A model generated the notes under the pieces. The model saw only the letters and a list, made by a program, of their open reading frames with translations, made no database searches and had not been told where the DNA came from. A stretch of 63,210 nt of DNA, the filler included, from a bacterium (GTDB lineage: Bacteria > UBP15 > UBA6099 > JAJRTR01): assembly GCA_024278215.1 (NCBI GenBank). It is 3 parts of 3 records of this genome, joined end to end, with 100 filler letters (N's around TTAATTAATTAA, not from the genome) between each part and the next. Parts side by side here need not be neighbours in the genome. Positions count along the whole stretch, not along the records: positions 30,171 to 60,031 come from JAJRTR010000106.1; 2 more parts are not named here. One strand, given 5' to 3'. Both the position numbers and the translations under genes were made by a program. Of this stretch, positions 39,844 to 49,661 are shown in pieces; within the stretch, counting starts at the first letter, position 1; the number at the start of each line of letters is the position of its first letter.

Positions 39844-41556
39844 ATGAAGATACTCAGGATAGACACCGGCAGGAAGAAAGTTACGGGGGAGCAAGTGCCG
39901 GATAAATATATGAGATTCGGTGGTCGAGCGCTGACATCGAGGATAATAAGCGATGAAGTTCCGCCGACATGCCACCCGCTGGGGCCGCTGAACAAACTTG
40001 TCGTTTCCACAGGTTTGCTTGGCGGCACATCCGCGCCGAACTCGGGACGCATATCAATCGGAACAAAGAGTCCGCTCACCGATGGAATCAAGGAAAGCAA
40101 CGTCGGAGGCCGACTGGGTGTGGCGATGGCGCGGGCCGGCATAAGGGCGATAGTTTTGGAAGGTATACCTGAAGACGATTCCCTTTATGTTGTAGTCGTC
40201 GGCCCGGACGGCGCTGTGCTCGACGATGCTTCACAGTGGCGCGGGCTCGGCACTTATGCACTTGCAGACAGGCTTCGTGAGAAGTACGGTGAAAAGATGT
40301 GCGCGCTCTGCATAGGTCCCGCTGGCGAGCAGCGTCTCGCCGCCGCTTCAATTATGGCTACGGATATGGACGGCAACCCCTCGCGCGCGGCGGGTCGCGG
40401 CGGCACAGGCGCGGTGCTGGGCGCTAAAGGTATCAAGGCTATAGTCATGCTCCCGATGCCTGCCGTAAAAACCGAATACCGTGATGCAGGGAAGTTCCGT
40501 GAGACAGCATCATTATTCGCGCGGGAACTCGCAGTTGCAAAAAAGGGACTGACGACCTACGGCACGGCAGCTATGGTCGCCGCGGCCAATGCTGTGGACG
40601 GGTTGCCGACACGCAACTACACTTCCGGCGCGTTCGAGAGGGCATCCGAGATGGACGGACAGGCGCTGCATGACCGCATCGTCGAGCGCGGCGGAAAAAT
40701 ATCGCGTGGCTGCCACCCCGGTTGTGTTATACGTTGTTCGAATGTTTACAAAGACGAAAACGGTGAATATGTTACGGCGAGTCTGGAATATGAGACGATG
40801 GTGATGGCCGGCCCGAATCTCGATATCAGCGACCTCGACGCGCTGGCTGCTTATGATCGCGCATGTGACGACATGGGACTCGACACCATCGATACCGGTG
40901 CGGCGCTCGGCGTTGCGATGGAAATGGGTTTGATTAAATCCGGCGACTCAGAAGCAGTTCTGGACGCTGTATATGAAGTGGGGAAGGGCACTCTGCTCGG
41001 GCGGTTAACCGGGAGCGGCGTTAGGGTAATGGGAAAGGTGCTGGGAGCGTGGCGTGTGCCGGAAGTGAAGGGACAGTCCACTGTCGCTTATGACCCGCGC
41101 TCGTTCAAGGGAATGGGTTGCGCTTATGCAACGTCGCCCATGGGTGCCGACCACACCAGCGGTCCCGCCATACCGGGACGCGGCGGACTCGACCCGGAAA
41201 AAAGATTCGAGCTCACCGATGCGGCCGGACAGGTCGAGTTGACAAGAGACCTCCAGATAATGATTGCAGTCTGCGACAGTCTCGGATATTGTTTTTTCGT
41301 CGGACCCGACATAACCAATATGAAAAGATCGGCTGTACTGCTCAACGCGATGTACGGTTGGGACATGAGCTATGAAGATGTGCTGGACCTGGGCGTTTCC
41401 ACATTGAACGTGGAAAAAGAATTCAATAATCGAGCCGGGCTCGGCCCCGGCACGGACCGGCTCCCGGATTTCTTTTATTGCGAAAAACTTCCCGGCAGCG
41501 GGCGCAGTTTTGACATATCGCATGAGGAACTGAAGGATATGAATTACAATCTGTAA
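39844..41556 (+). CDS. Aldehyde:ferredoxin oxidoreductase family (tungsto/molybdopterin)
   Basis: KSPLT.GIKESN.GG, AAGRGG.GAVLG.K, C.PGCVIRC, EYET, D.MGLDTID, SPMGADH; RBS GGAGGAG. Confidence 0.92.
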   Translation: MKILRIDTGRKKVTGEQVPDKYMRFGGRALTSRIISDEVPPTCHPLGPLNKLVVSTGLLGGTSAPNSGRISIGTKSPLTDGIKESNVGGRLGVAMARAGIRAIVLEGIPEDDSLYVVVVGPDGAVLDDASQWRGLGTYALADRLREKYGEKMCALCIGPAGEQRLAAASIMATDMDGNPSRAAGRGGTGAVLGAKGIKAIVMLPMPAVKTEYRDAGKFRETASLFARELAVAKKGLTTYGTAAMVAAANAVDGLPTRNYTSGAFERASEMDGQALHDRIVERGGKISRGCHPGCVIRCSNVYKDENGEYVTASLEYETMVMAGPNLDISDLDALAAYDRACDDMGLDTIDTGAALGVAMEMGLIKSGDSEAVLDAVYEVGKGTLLGRLTGSGVRVMGKVLGAWRVPEVKGQSTVAYDPRSFKGMGCAYATSPMGADHTSGPAIPGRGGLDPEKRFELTDAAGQVELTRDLQIMIAVCDSLGYCFFVGPDITNMKRSAVLLNAMYGWDMSYEDVLDLGVSTLNVEKEFNNRAGLGPGTDRLPDFFYCEKLPGSGRSFDISHEELKDMNYNL

Positions 41557-41570
41557 TCGGGAGCGTGACA

Positions 41571-42404
41571 ATGAAAAGAATAGCGTTCTTTGAAAACCCG
41601 GCCGGTGAAAAGTTTCGCTACAGCGAAGTTGTCCCGGACGATGCGAAAGCGGCGATTATCGGTGTACACGGTTATGCGGAGCATCTGGGGCGTTACGATT
41701 ATATTGCCGAACATTTCACAGGGCGGGGTTTTTCCTTCCATATAATGGAAAACAGGGGGCATGGTGAGTCCATCGGAAAACGCGGCCATATTGATAGTTT
41801 TGATCTGTTTATAGAAGACCTGCACATATTCCGAAAAGCCGTCGAAAGCCGCATTGCCGGTAAGCCGCTCTTCATGCTCGGACATTCGAACGGTTCTTTG
41901 ATAGCGGCGCGATATGTCCTGAAATTTGGTGAAGGTATCCAGGGCCTCGTCCTGTCGGGGATACCCATAAGGGCGGCGGTCAAGGTGAATCCGATAAAAT
42001 TAAAGCTGGGTTTTTTCCTTGCCGGATTCATCCCGAGGCTTACACTGCCGAGCGAACTTGATCCGCACGTAATATGCCGTGACAAAAAAGTTGTAGAAGA
42101 CTATATCAATGATCCCCTGGTATTCAGGGTGATGAGCGTTGGATTCGCAAAAGAGTTTTTCGTTGCAATGGCCGATCTGCTGGAGCGCGCGCCCGAGTTC
42201 AAACACCCTGTGCTTTTCCTGCACGGCAGTATGGACATGGCCTGCGCACCCGATGCGGCGCGGGAGTTCTACGAGAAAATATCATCGAGCGATAAAAAGT
42301 TTATTATGTATGATGGGTTGTATCACGAAGTTTTCAACGAAGAAGGAAAAGACGATATACTCGCGACTGCGTCCGGATGGATCGAGAAAAGGTTGCCGGT
42401 GTAA
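41571..42404 (+). CDS. Alpha/beta hydrolase, lysophospholipase/monoglyceride lipase family
   Basis: VHG..EH.GRY, RGHG.S.G.RG, GHSNG, YHEVFNE. Confidence 0.9.
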   Translation: MKRIAFFENPAGEKFRYSEVVPDDAKAAIIGVHGYAEHLGRYDYIAEHFTGRGFSFHIMENRGHGESIGKRGHIDSFDLFIEDLHIFRKAVESRIAGKPLFMLGHSNGSLIAARYVLKFGEGIQGLVLSGIPIRAAVKVNPIKLKLGFFLAGFIPRLTLPSELDPHVICRDKKVVEDYINDPLVFRVMSVGFAKEFFVAMADLLERAPEFKHPVLFLHGSMDMACAPDAAREFYEKISSSDKKFIMYDGLYHEVFNEEGKDDILATASGWIEKRLPV

Positions 42405-42445
42405 CAGGTTCCTCTCGCTTGCGATGCCGAAAGTTCCTGAACCCT

Positions 42446-42626
42446 TGCTCCGGATTTATCACAAAGAAATCCGGAAAATCGGAAGAAGCCTATTCCACTG
42501 CGTTGCGGCGGCGATTCGGGATCGGTCACATACATGACAGTATGCTCCATCACCACTCACTTGCCGCGCCTTGTATTACAGGCATTCTCCCGATTTTTGG
42601 CCCGTATTGGTGAAATATGCGGGTTA
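42446..42626 (-). mobile_element. MITE family B (ERIC-like), full-length, reverse orientation
   Basis: Reverse complement of the 14498 copy; terminal GGGTTA overlaps the TAA stop of the minus-strand gene. Confidence 0.88.
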
Positions 42627-43970
42627 CTCCCACTCGAGCACATCGTCGTCGGACAGACTGTCATCTTTGTCGACGGGGGTGGAGGCTGCGTTGTCGACGA
42701 CGTAGCTGTGTCCGTGCATGGTGACGGCGGCGGACAGCGAGATGTCGCCGGGCAGGAACTCCGGTTTTGTCATGTCGCTGCCGGCGATGCGGATATTGCC
42801 GGTGAGGAAGATGATGGTGTCGTCTCCGGCAGGGCCCAGCAAGCTGCGGTCAATTGTCAGGTCGAGGTAATTGCCGGTTAATTTGTAGCTCCAGCCTTCA
42901 CTCTCGAATTTCAGGCATGAGAGAAAACGCTCGTCCATTTTTCCAAGATCGGATAAACTTTTCATATCGGCGACAGGGCAACCGGAGGCTTCGAGGTCGA
43001 GGTGCAGCATGTCGACACCATTGAGTTTTTCGATGCCCGGCAGAGGCGGCAGTATCTCGACGAGCGGCGCGTGATACCATACCCACAATCTCTCGATAAG
43101 ATCGACGATCTCGCTGCGGTGTTTGTCGAGTTTCGCCATGTCGGGCGCTTTGTCCGGTTTCGCGTTTCGCAATTCTTTGAGTATTCCACGGCTCAGGATG
43201 AGCGAGCGGTTGAAGAGCACAAAGAAATATCCTTTCGCGTCGAGCGGCGACACTGTGCCGATCTCGACCGGGCTCTCGAATTCCATCCGGAAGTGATAGA
43301 AGTCGTCTTCATAGCCGAAGTCCATTTCGAGCAGATTCAAGTAGGACGGGATATCATATTCCGTGTCATCGTCGGTGTCATCATACATTCGGACAAGGTA
43401 GTCGTTGGGATAGGCATCGGCGAAATCTTCGTCGCTCATGTAGTACCAGTCGTCGGACATGGCGACATTGCCGGGCATCTCGCGGGCGATGTTGCCGACG
43501 GTGTCCACGGCTTCAATGTAATAGAGCACCCCGGTGCCCGCCGGTTGGCCGGGGATATACTCCGTCCATGATATTTCGTTGTCTTCCTGCGACATTTCGA
43601 TTTCTTCCCACGAGTCGCCGCCGTCGATTGAATAATAAATGTAAACTGAATCGACAGCTTCGAAGTCCTCGACGAACTTGAGGTGAGCGACATTCGCTGT
43701 TATGAGAACGTTTTCATCGGCGGCTGGGCGAACAGGTTTTTGTGTGACTTTTCGAATGATGGGTGGCAGATGCCGGAAGAAATCCTCGATGCCTGTCATG
43801 CCGCCCATGCCGCCACTGAATCCCTTTGCCACTGCATTGCCCGGACAGAGCAGGAACACACTGAGGACGAGAGCGGAAAAAAACATGAAAATACGTGGAA
43901 ATGATGAAGGGAAAGGTATTGGATTACCGTATCCGCGTGCATGACACTTCGAGTCGATTCGGATTTTCAT
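42624..43970 (-). CDS. Secreted acidic hypothetical protein with Ig-like domain
   Basis: Signal-like hydrophobic stretch; V.IYYS.DGG.SW..IEM...W...IPGQP.G..V.YYIEA.D pattern; start uncertain. Confidence 0.72.
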   Translation of the reverse strand: MKIRIDSKCHARGYGNPIPFPSSFPRIFMFFSALVLSVFLLCPGNAVAKGFSGGMGGMTGIEDFFRHLPPIIRKVTQKPVRPAADENVLITANVAHLKFVEDFEAVDSVYIYYSIDGGDSWEEIEMSQEDNEISWTEYIPGQPAGTGVLYYIEAVDTVGNIAREMPGNVAMSDDWYYMSDEDFADAYPNDYLVRMYDDTDDDTEYDIPSYLNLLEMDFGYEDDFYHFRMEFESPVEIGTVSPLDAKGYFFVLFNRSLILSRGILKELRNAKPDKAPDMAKLDKHRSEIVDLIERLWVWYHAPLVEILPPLPGIEKLNGVDMLHLDLEASGCPVADMKSLSDLGKMDERFLSCLKFESEGWSYKLTGNYLDLTIDRSLLGPAGDDTIIFLTGNIRIAGSDMTKPEFLPGDISLSAAVTMHGHSYVVDNAASTPVDKDDSLSDDDVLEWE

Positions 43971-44197
43971 CCTCGCTGCACCTCTTGCTTTCGTATTGCT
44001 GTTCTCTATTGAATGATCACCCTCGCTGCACCTTCTGCGAGGTGCAGCGAGTAATACTCTTTATAGTCATCATTCACGGTGCCCATTCCGGGGAACGCAG
44101 TTACAGAAAACGCTGGTTTTAACATAAAAATCTCAGCGAAAACATCTTACTGTTTACGTCGAGAAAAGAACTGAAAATATATTTTAACCTATGAATG

Positions 44198-44226
44198 TTT
44201 ACAAATCAAAAAATGGTCTCTATAAT
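44198..44226 (+). promoter_or_regulatory. Sigma70 promoter of the nusA-infB operon
   Basis: TTTACA-17 bp-TATAAT. Confidence 0.75.
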
Positions 44227-44271
44227 AAGCATCGATGTGTTCGCGCCGACAGAGTGCGGACTCCACGTGGG

Positions 44272-44297
44272 AAAAGTGGGCTCGCCCACTTTTTTTT
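44272..44297 (+). terminator. Leader attenuator hairpin upstream of nusA
   Basis: AAAAGTGGGC-TC-GCCCAC-T8 between promoter and first gene. Confidence 0.75.
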
Positions 44298-44378
44298 GTT
44301 AAAGATAAGCTTCCTGAAATGCGTGAGTGCGGTACGGCATGGTGCGCGGGGAGCGCAGGATATAAGGGAGAGTGTGAC

Positions 44379-46073
44379 GTGCATTCAGAATTTCTACTTG
44401 CGATACGCCAGATCGAAAGAGAGCGGGAGATACCGCCCAGTGAAATTCAGGCGATAGTGGAAGATGCGCTGACTAAAGCATTTCAGCAGGAATCAAAAGG
44501 GCTCCAGTCAATTCGCGTAGAGTTTGATACCGATACGGGACGCCTGAACATCTTCCAGATCAGGGAAGCCGTGCTGGAGGTCGAGAATCCGAGTCTGGAG
44601 ATTGATCTCGAGGATGCAATAGATATAAACGAGGACGTGGAAGAGGGCGATCTTGTGATGACGCCGATATCGCTGAGAACCTTCCGTCGCATCGGCATCC
44701 AGGCTGTCAAGCAGCACATCGTTCAGCGTGTCAGGGAGATGGAGCGAAATATTCAGCTCGAGCGGTTTATCGATAAGCAGAACACAATTATCACCGGAAC
44801 CGTCAGCCGCATAACATCCAATGCTGTTTATGTAAATCTTGATCGCATAGACGGTTCGCTTCCCAACACTGAGCGCATTTCAGGTGAAAGATATTCCATC
44901 GGCAAACGGTTGAAAGTCTATATAACTGAAGTCAAGATAGGCGGCAGGGATTCAGAGATAGTGCTGTCGCGCAGCCACCCGGAATTTGTCAAAGAATTGT
45001 TTGCACTCGAGGTGCCGGAAATAGCACAGCATATCGTACTGATTAAAGAAATCGTTCGTGAAGCAGGCTACAGAACCAAGATGGCCGTCGAATCCACCCA
45101 GGACAAAGTCGACCCTGTAGGCGCATGTGTCGGCTATAAGGGCAGCAGGGTAAAGAATATAGTTAATGAACTCAACGGCGAAAAAATAGACATCATCCCC
45201 TGGGACGAAGACCCGGCGCAGTTCGTGGCCCATGCGCTTAGCCCGGCGCAGGTTATTTCCGTCGAGATTTTCGACGACCACAGCGCGGAAGTTATCGTGC
45301 CGGACAACCAGCTTTCTCTCGCGATCGGAAAACATGGCCAGAATGCCCGCCTCGCGAACAAGCTCACCGGCTGGAAGATCGATATACTCAGCGAGCAGGA
45401 AAAAGAGAACATCATGCATGAACTCCGCAACGCGGAGATACTCGCATACCCGGTCGGGAATCTTAATATCGGCCCCCAGCTTGCTAAAACACTCACAGAC
45501 GCGCAGATCGAGCATGTCTACGACCTGGTCTGCATGACGGAGGAAGAAGCCGAGGCTGTCGAAGGACTTGACAAGCTTAGTGTTATCGAGATAAAAGGCA
45601 GTTTGAACGAATATGGATTGAGCATGCTCGAACCAGGCGCGGAGCCGCCTGCCAAACCTGCCGCCCTGATAGAAAAACAAGAACTCACGGACGAAGACAT
45701 GGAAGAAACCGAAGAAGATTCTGAAATGGATGCGGACGATGAAATTGCGGACGATGAAATTGAAGGAGTCGACGATGGAGAAGTACCTGAAGCAGAAAAA
45801 GAAGAAGAAATAGAGGACGAGCTCGACACCGATGACGTTGAGGATATTGACGAAGATATAGACAAAGAGGTTGAAGTTGACGACGACGACGAAGAAGAAG
45901 ACGAAGATGTAGAAGAGGTAGAAGATAATGGTGACGAAGATAACGACAACGACGAAGAAAAAATAGAAGAACCTGTTGATGACGAGGACGACATGAAACC
46001 CGAACCTGAAGAGGATGTTGCCGAAGAGGATGTGGACGAGGGCGGCGAAGAAACAGAGGATGAAAAGGATTAA
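44379..46073 (+). CDS. nusA: Transcription termination/antitermination factor NusA with extended C-terminus
   Basis: LSRSHP.FVK.LF.LEVPEI, REAGYRTK.AV, DPVGACVG..G.RV, QLSLAIGK.GQNARLA.KLTGWKIDI; GTG start behind GGGAG. Confidence 0.95.
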   Translation: MHSEFLLAIRQIEREREIPPSEIQAIVEDALTKAFQQESKGLQSIRVEFDTDTGRLNIFQIREAVLEVENPSLEIDLEDAIDINEDVEEGDLVMTPISLRTFRRIGIQAVKQHIVQRVREMERNIQLERFIDKQNTIITGTVSRITSNAVYVNLDRIDGSLPNTERISGERYSIGKRLKVYITEVKIGGRDSEIVLSRSHPEFVKELFALEVPEIAQHIVLIKEIVREAGYRTKMAVESTQDKVDPVGACVGYKGSRVKNIVNELNGEKIDIIPWDEDPAQFVAHALSPAQVISVEIFDDHSAEVIVPDNQLSLAIGKHGQNARLANKLTGWKIDILSEQEKENIMHELRNAEILAYPVGNLNIGPQLAKTLTDAQIEHVYDLVCMTEEEAEAVEGLDKLSVIEIKGSLNEYGLSMLEPGAEPPAKPAALIEKQELTDEDMEETEEDSEMDADDEIADDEIEGVDDGEVPEAEKEEEIEDELDTDDVEDIDEDIDKEVEVDDDDEEEDEDVEEVEDNGDEDNDNDEEKIEEPVDDEDDMKPEPEEDVAEEDVDEGGEETEDEKD

Positions 46074-46236
46074 CTACATTCATGTGGGGTAATCAAGAGA
46101 TACATAACCATGGCAGACAGAGTGAAGCTGATAAGAATCATACGGGAATTCGGCAAATGATTGGCCGGCAATCGGAAGGACGCGAAGGAACAGAGAATTT
46201 TCGAGAGATGCAGGCCGGAACAGTAGGAGGCAGCCT

Positions 46237-48936
46237 ATGGCAAAAAAGAGAAAAAGAGTATACGAATACGCGAAAGACCTTGGGATTTCCAGCGCTGAGC
46301 TTATGCATAAGCTCAAGTTCATGGGAGTCAGGGTTGCTAATACATTTAATGCTGTAGATGAAGAAACCATAGACAATATAAAGCGGCAAATGGGGCTACA
46401 CCTGTTTGATGAAGAACCCGAATTGACACCGGTCGAGATAAGAAAACAGAAGAAAAAACTTGCCGCTCAGAAGAAAAAGGAACAGAGAAGAAAAGAAGAA
46501 GAGAAAAAGAAACAACAGGCATTGAAGCAGGCTGAAGAACAGAAAAAATTACTGATAGAAGCCGAAAAAGCCAGTAAGTCAAAAGCCGGGCAAGGTCAAC
46601 AACAACAGGCCAGGTACGGCCCGAAAGTTATTCAAAGAGCGCCTCGAAAACCTGCTCCACGTCCCAATCCCCCAGGTGCTACGAAACCAAAAGCGGAAGA
46701 CTCGAGGCAAAGGTCCGCCCCGAAACGGCAGCCCAGACCAGAAGATGGAAAACCGGGACCGAAACCGCTGCGGAAATACAGGCCCGATGATAGAAAACCG
46801 AGACCGGCCGGTGCGACAGGTGGAAAGCGACCTCCGGTGAAAAAGGATGAAAGGGAAAAACTGCCGGATAAAAAATCATTCCAGGACCAGAAACGAAAGT
46901 CCGACTACAAAGGAAAGAAGAAACGAGGCGGCGATACCAAGAAGTCCGAAGATGTAGGCAGGGACAAACGACCCGGTAAAAAAGGTAAGGGGGGCGAGAA
47001 AGATATTTATGCGAGCCCCAAACGCCGCCTTGAAGCGATAAAGCAGAATCGATTCCAACAGTCGCGTAAGGGCACGAAAACCACTTTTTTCAAGAAACGC
47101 TCGAAAAAAGGCAAGAAGAAAACACCTGAAGAGAAGGCTATCGAGAGAGAAGCCGCCGCCCTTGCGGCCCGGAAGCATATCACGATTTCCGGCCCCATGA
47201 CAGTGAAAGAACTCAGCCATGAGATGGGAATAAGATCATCGGATATTATCATGCATCTGATGCAGGATATGTCTCTGATGACCACGCTCAACCAGAGCCT
47301 CGATCCTACTATCATCGCGCTGGTGGCCGAGCACTTCGAGTGTAACTTCACGATTGAAGAAAATGCACCGGAAAAACATGGCGATATTGATGTGCCCGCT
47401 CCAGAGCCGGCCGATGACCGGCACAGCGAAGAACGCGCTCCGGTTGTCACTGTAATGGGACATGTCGATCATGGAAAAACACGGCTTCTCGACACGATCA
47501 GGAAGACCAACGTGATCGACACGGAATCCGGCGGCATCACGCAGCATATAGGAGCATACCAGGTCGAGCACAACGGCAGGAAGATCACCTTTCTCGACAC
47601 ACCCGGCCATGCGGCGTTTACCAAGCTCAGGGCCAGGGGCGCACAGGTCACGGATCTTGCCGTACTAGTTGTCGCGGCGGACGACGGCATCATGCCGCAG
47701 ACGGTTGAAGCCATAGACCACGCGCGAGCAGCGAATGTGCCCATTCTCGTCGCTATAAATAAGATAGATAAAACGCAGGCCAAACCCGACAGGGTCCGCC
47801 AGCAACTCGTCGATCACCAGCTTGTGCCAGAGGATTGGGGCGGAGACACTGTCTGCGTCGAAATCTCAGCCAAGATGAATACCAACATCGAAGACCTTCT
47901 CGAAATGATCTTCCTCGTTACAGATATGCAGGAACTCAAGGCCAACCCGAAGCGACAGGCTGTCGGCACGATAATCGAAGCGAAACTGGACAAAGGGAAG
48001 GGGCCTGTCGCTACTGTCCTTGTCCAGAATGGAACTCTCAGAATTGGCGATAATGTTGTCGTCGGCGAAGTATTCGGAAAAGTACGCGCTATGGAGAACG
48101 ACCGTGCAGAAAGAATAACCGAAGCGCCGCCTTCCACTCCGGTAGAGATTATCGGCCTGAGCAAAGTGCCCGAGCCCGGCGATCAGCTTATTGTGCTGGA
48201 AGATGAAAAGACCTCGAAAGAGATTGCTCTTAAGAGACATGCGAAAAGCCGCGAAGAAAAACTTCACTACGAATCGCGCATCACACTCGAAGCCCTTTTC
48301 AGCAGGATAAAGGACAACAAAATCAATGAATTCGAGATAGTCCTGAAGGGCGATGTGCAGGGTTCGCTTGAAGCCCTCAAACAATCTCTCCAGGAGATCA
48401 CCCACGAAGAAGTTCGTGTGAATGTTATCCGCTCCGGAGTCGGCGACATCAGGGAAACGGACATAATGCTCGCAGCGGCCTCGAACGCTATTGTCATGGG
48501 CTACAGGGTTAATATCATCCCGGACGCCAAGGTGATTGCCCAGAATGAGGGCGTGGAAGTTCGTTTTTATGAAGTTATTTATGACCTGACCAATGAAGTG
48601 CGCAGCGCCATGGCGGGTATGCTCGCGCCCGTGTATGAAAAGATACTTACGGGCAAAGCCCAGGTCAGACAGGTGTTCGAGTCTTCAAAGCATGGTCGCA
48701 TCGCAGGCTGCTACGTTACAGACGGGGAAATCATCTCCACGGGACTTGCCCGCATTATCAGAAGAGACGAAGAGATTTTCGATGGAAAACTTTCATCGCT
48801 GAAGCGGTTCAAGGACAATGTAAAATCCGTACGCCAGGGAATGGAGTGCGGAATCACGCTCGATGGTTTCGAAAAGTATGAGGTGGACGACATCATCGAG
48901 GTGTTTAAACTCGTGCGAAAAGTGCGCGAGTTGTAA
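46237..48936 (+). CDS. infB: Translation initiation factor IF-2
   Basis: [41 protein letters not shown]. Confidence 0.97.
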   Translation: MAKKRKRVYEYAKDLGISSAELMHKLKFMGVRVANTFNAVDEETIDNIKRQMGLHLFDEEPELTPVEIRKQKKKLAAQKKKEQRRKEEEKKKQQALKQAEEQKKLLIEAEKASKSKAGQGQQQQARYGPKVIQRAPRKPAPRPNPPGATKPKAEDSRQRSAPKRQPRPEDGKPGPKPLRKYRPDDRKPRPAGATGGKRPPVKKDEREKLPDKKSFQDQKRKSDYKGKKKRGGDTKKSEDVGRDKRPGKKGKGGEKDIYASPKRRLEAIKQNRFQQSRKGTKTTFFKKRSKKGKKKTPEEKAIEREAAALAARKHITISGPMTVKELSHEMGIRSSDIIMHLMQDMSLMTTLNQSLDPTIIALVAEHFECNFTIEENAPEKHGDIDVPAPEPADDRHSEERAPVVTVMGHVDHGKTRLLDTIRKTNVIDTESGGITQHIGAYQVEHNGRKITFLDTPGHAAFTKLRARGAQVTDLAVLVVAADDGIMPQTVEAIDHARAANVPILVAINKIDKTQAKPDRVRQQLVDHQLVPEDWGGDTVCVEISAKMNTNIEDLLEMIFLVTDMQELKANPKRQAVGTIIEAKLDKGKGPVATVLVQNGTLRIGDNVVVGEVFGKVRAMENDRAERITEAPPSTPVEIIGLSKVPEPGDQLIVLEDEKTSKEIALKRHAKSREEKLHYESRITLEALFSRIKDNKINEFEIVLKGDVQGSLEALKQSLQEITHEEVRVNVIRSGVGDIRETDIMLAAASNAIVMGYRVNIIPDAKVIAQNEGVEVRFYEVIYDLTNEVRSAMAGMLAPVYEKILTGKAQVRQVFESSKHGRIAGCYVTDGEIISTGLARIIRRDEEIFDGKLSSLKRFKDNVKSVRQGMECGITLDGFEKYEVDDIIEVFKLVRKVREL

Positions 48937-48973
48937 ACCCACGATTTCCGGCTCGCAGGCCGGGTGTGTGCTT

Positions 48974-49255
48974 ATGGCTGCAGGTATCCTCTCTATCGGG
49001 CTGTACCTTCCGGGCAACAGTTCGCTTAAAGAAAAGCGGCAGGTTCTTCAAAGCCTGAAAATGAAACTTGGGAACAAGTTCAACATCTCTGTTGCGGAAA
49101 CCGATTATCAGGACTTACGGCAGCGAGCGGAGTTGACTGTGGCGGCTGTGAGTTCGGACATGAATCTCCTGCGGAATGAATTAAACAGAGTGCTGGAAAC
49201 GATAGAGTTGCGCGACGGAGTGGAGATAATAGGACATGACATTGAGTTTATATGA
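48974..49255 (+). CDS. DUF503 (YlxP-like) protein
   Basis: SLKEKR.V..SL....NKFNISVAE.D.QD motif; between infB and rbfA. Confidence 0.88.
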   Translation: MAAGILSIGLYLPGNSSLKEKRQVLQSLKMKLGNKFNISVAETDYQDLRQRAELTVAAVSSDMNLLRNELNRVLETIELRDGVEIIGHDIEFI

Positions 49256-49286
49256 ATATTTATGGTTTATGTGAGTTGTTGTAATT

Positions 49287-49661
49287 ATGTTGCCTGACAG
49301 GATGAAAAGCGTTTCGAGCCTGCTGAAAGAAGTCATCAGCGAGGTGATCATGACCGAAGTCAAAGACCCCCGTGTCGGCGATTTTGTCACGATAACCGAG
49401 GCCAGACCCGCGCGTGACCTGCGCTCGGCCAGAATATACATTTCCGTTCTCGGCGAAAAAGAAGCCGGCCTCAGCGCTGTGGAAGGGCTCAACAAGGCAA
49501 GCGGATTCATCAGACACCGTATCCGTAGTGAAATGTCGATGAAAAGGATTCCCGAACTCAAGTTCTTTCTCGACGACAGTATCGAAAGAGGTGTGCGCGT
49601 GAGCAGCCTGATCAACCGCTTAAGGGAAAAGGACAAAGAAATCGAGGAGATCGAAGAATGA
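49287..49661 (+). CDS. rbfA: Ribosome-binding factor A
   Basis: VKDPRV, DLRSARIYISV, PELKFFLDDSIERG. Confidence 0.95.
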   Translation: MLPDRMKSVSSLLKEVISEVIMTEVKDPRVGDFVTITEARPARDLRSARIYISVLGEKEAGLSAVEGLNKASGFIRHRIRSEMSMKRIPELKFFLDDSIERGVRVSSLINRLREKDKEIEEIEE

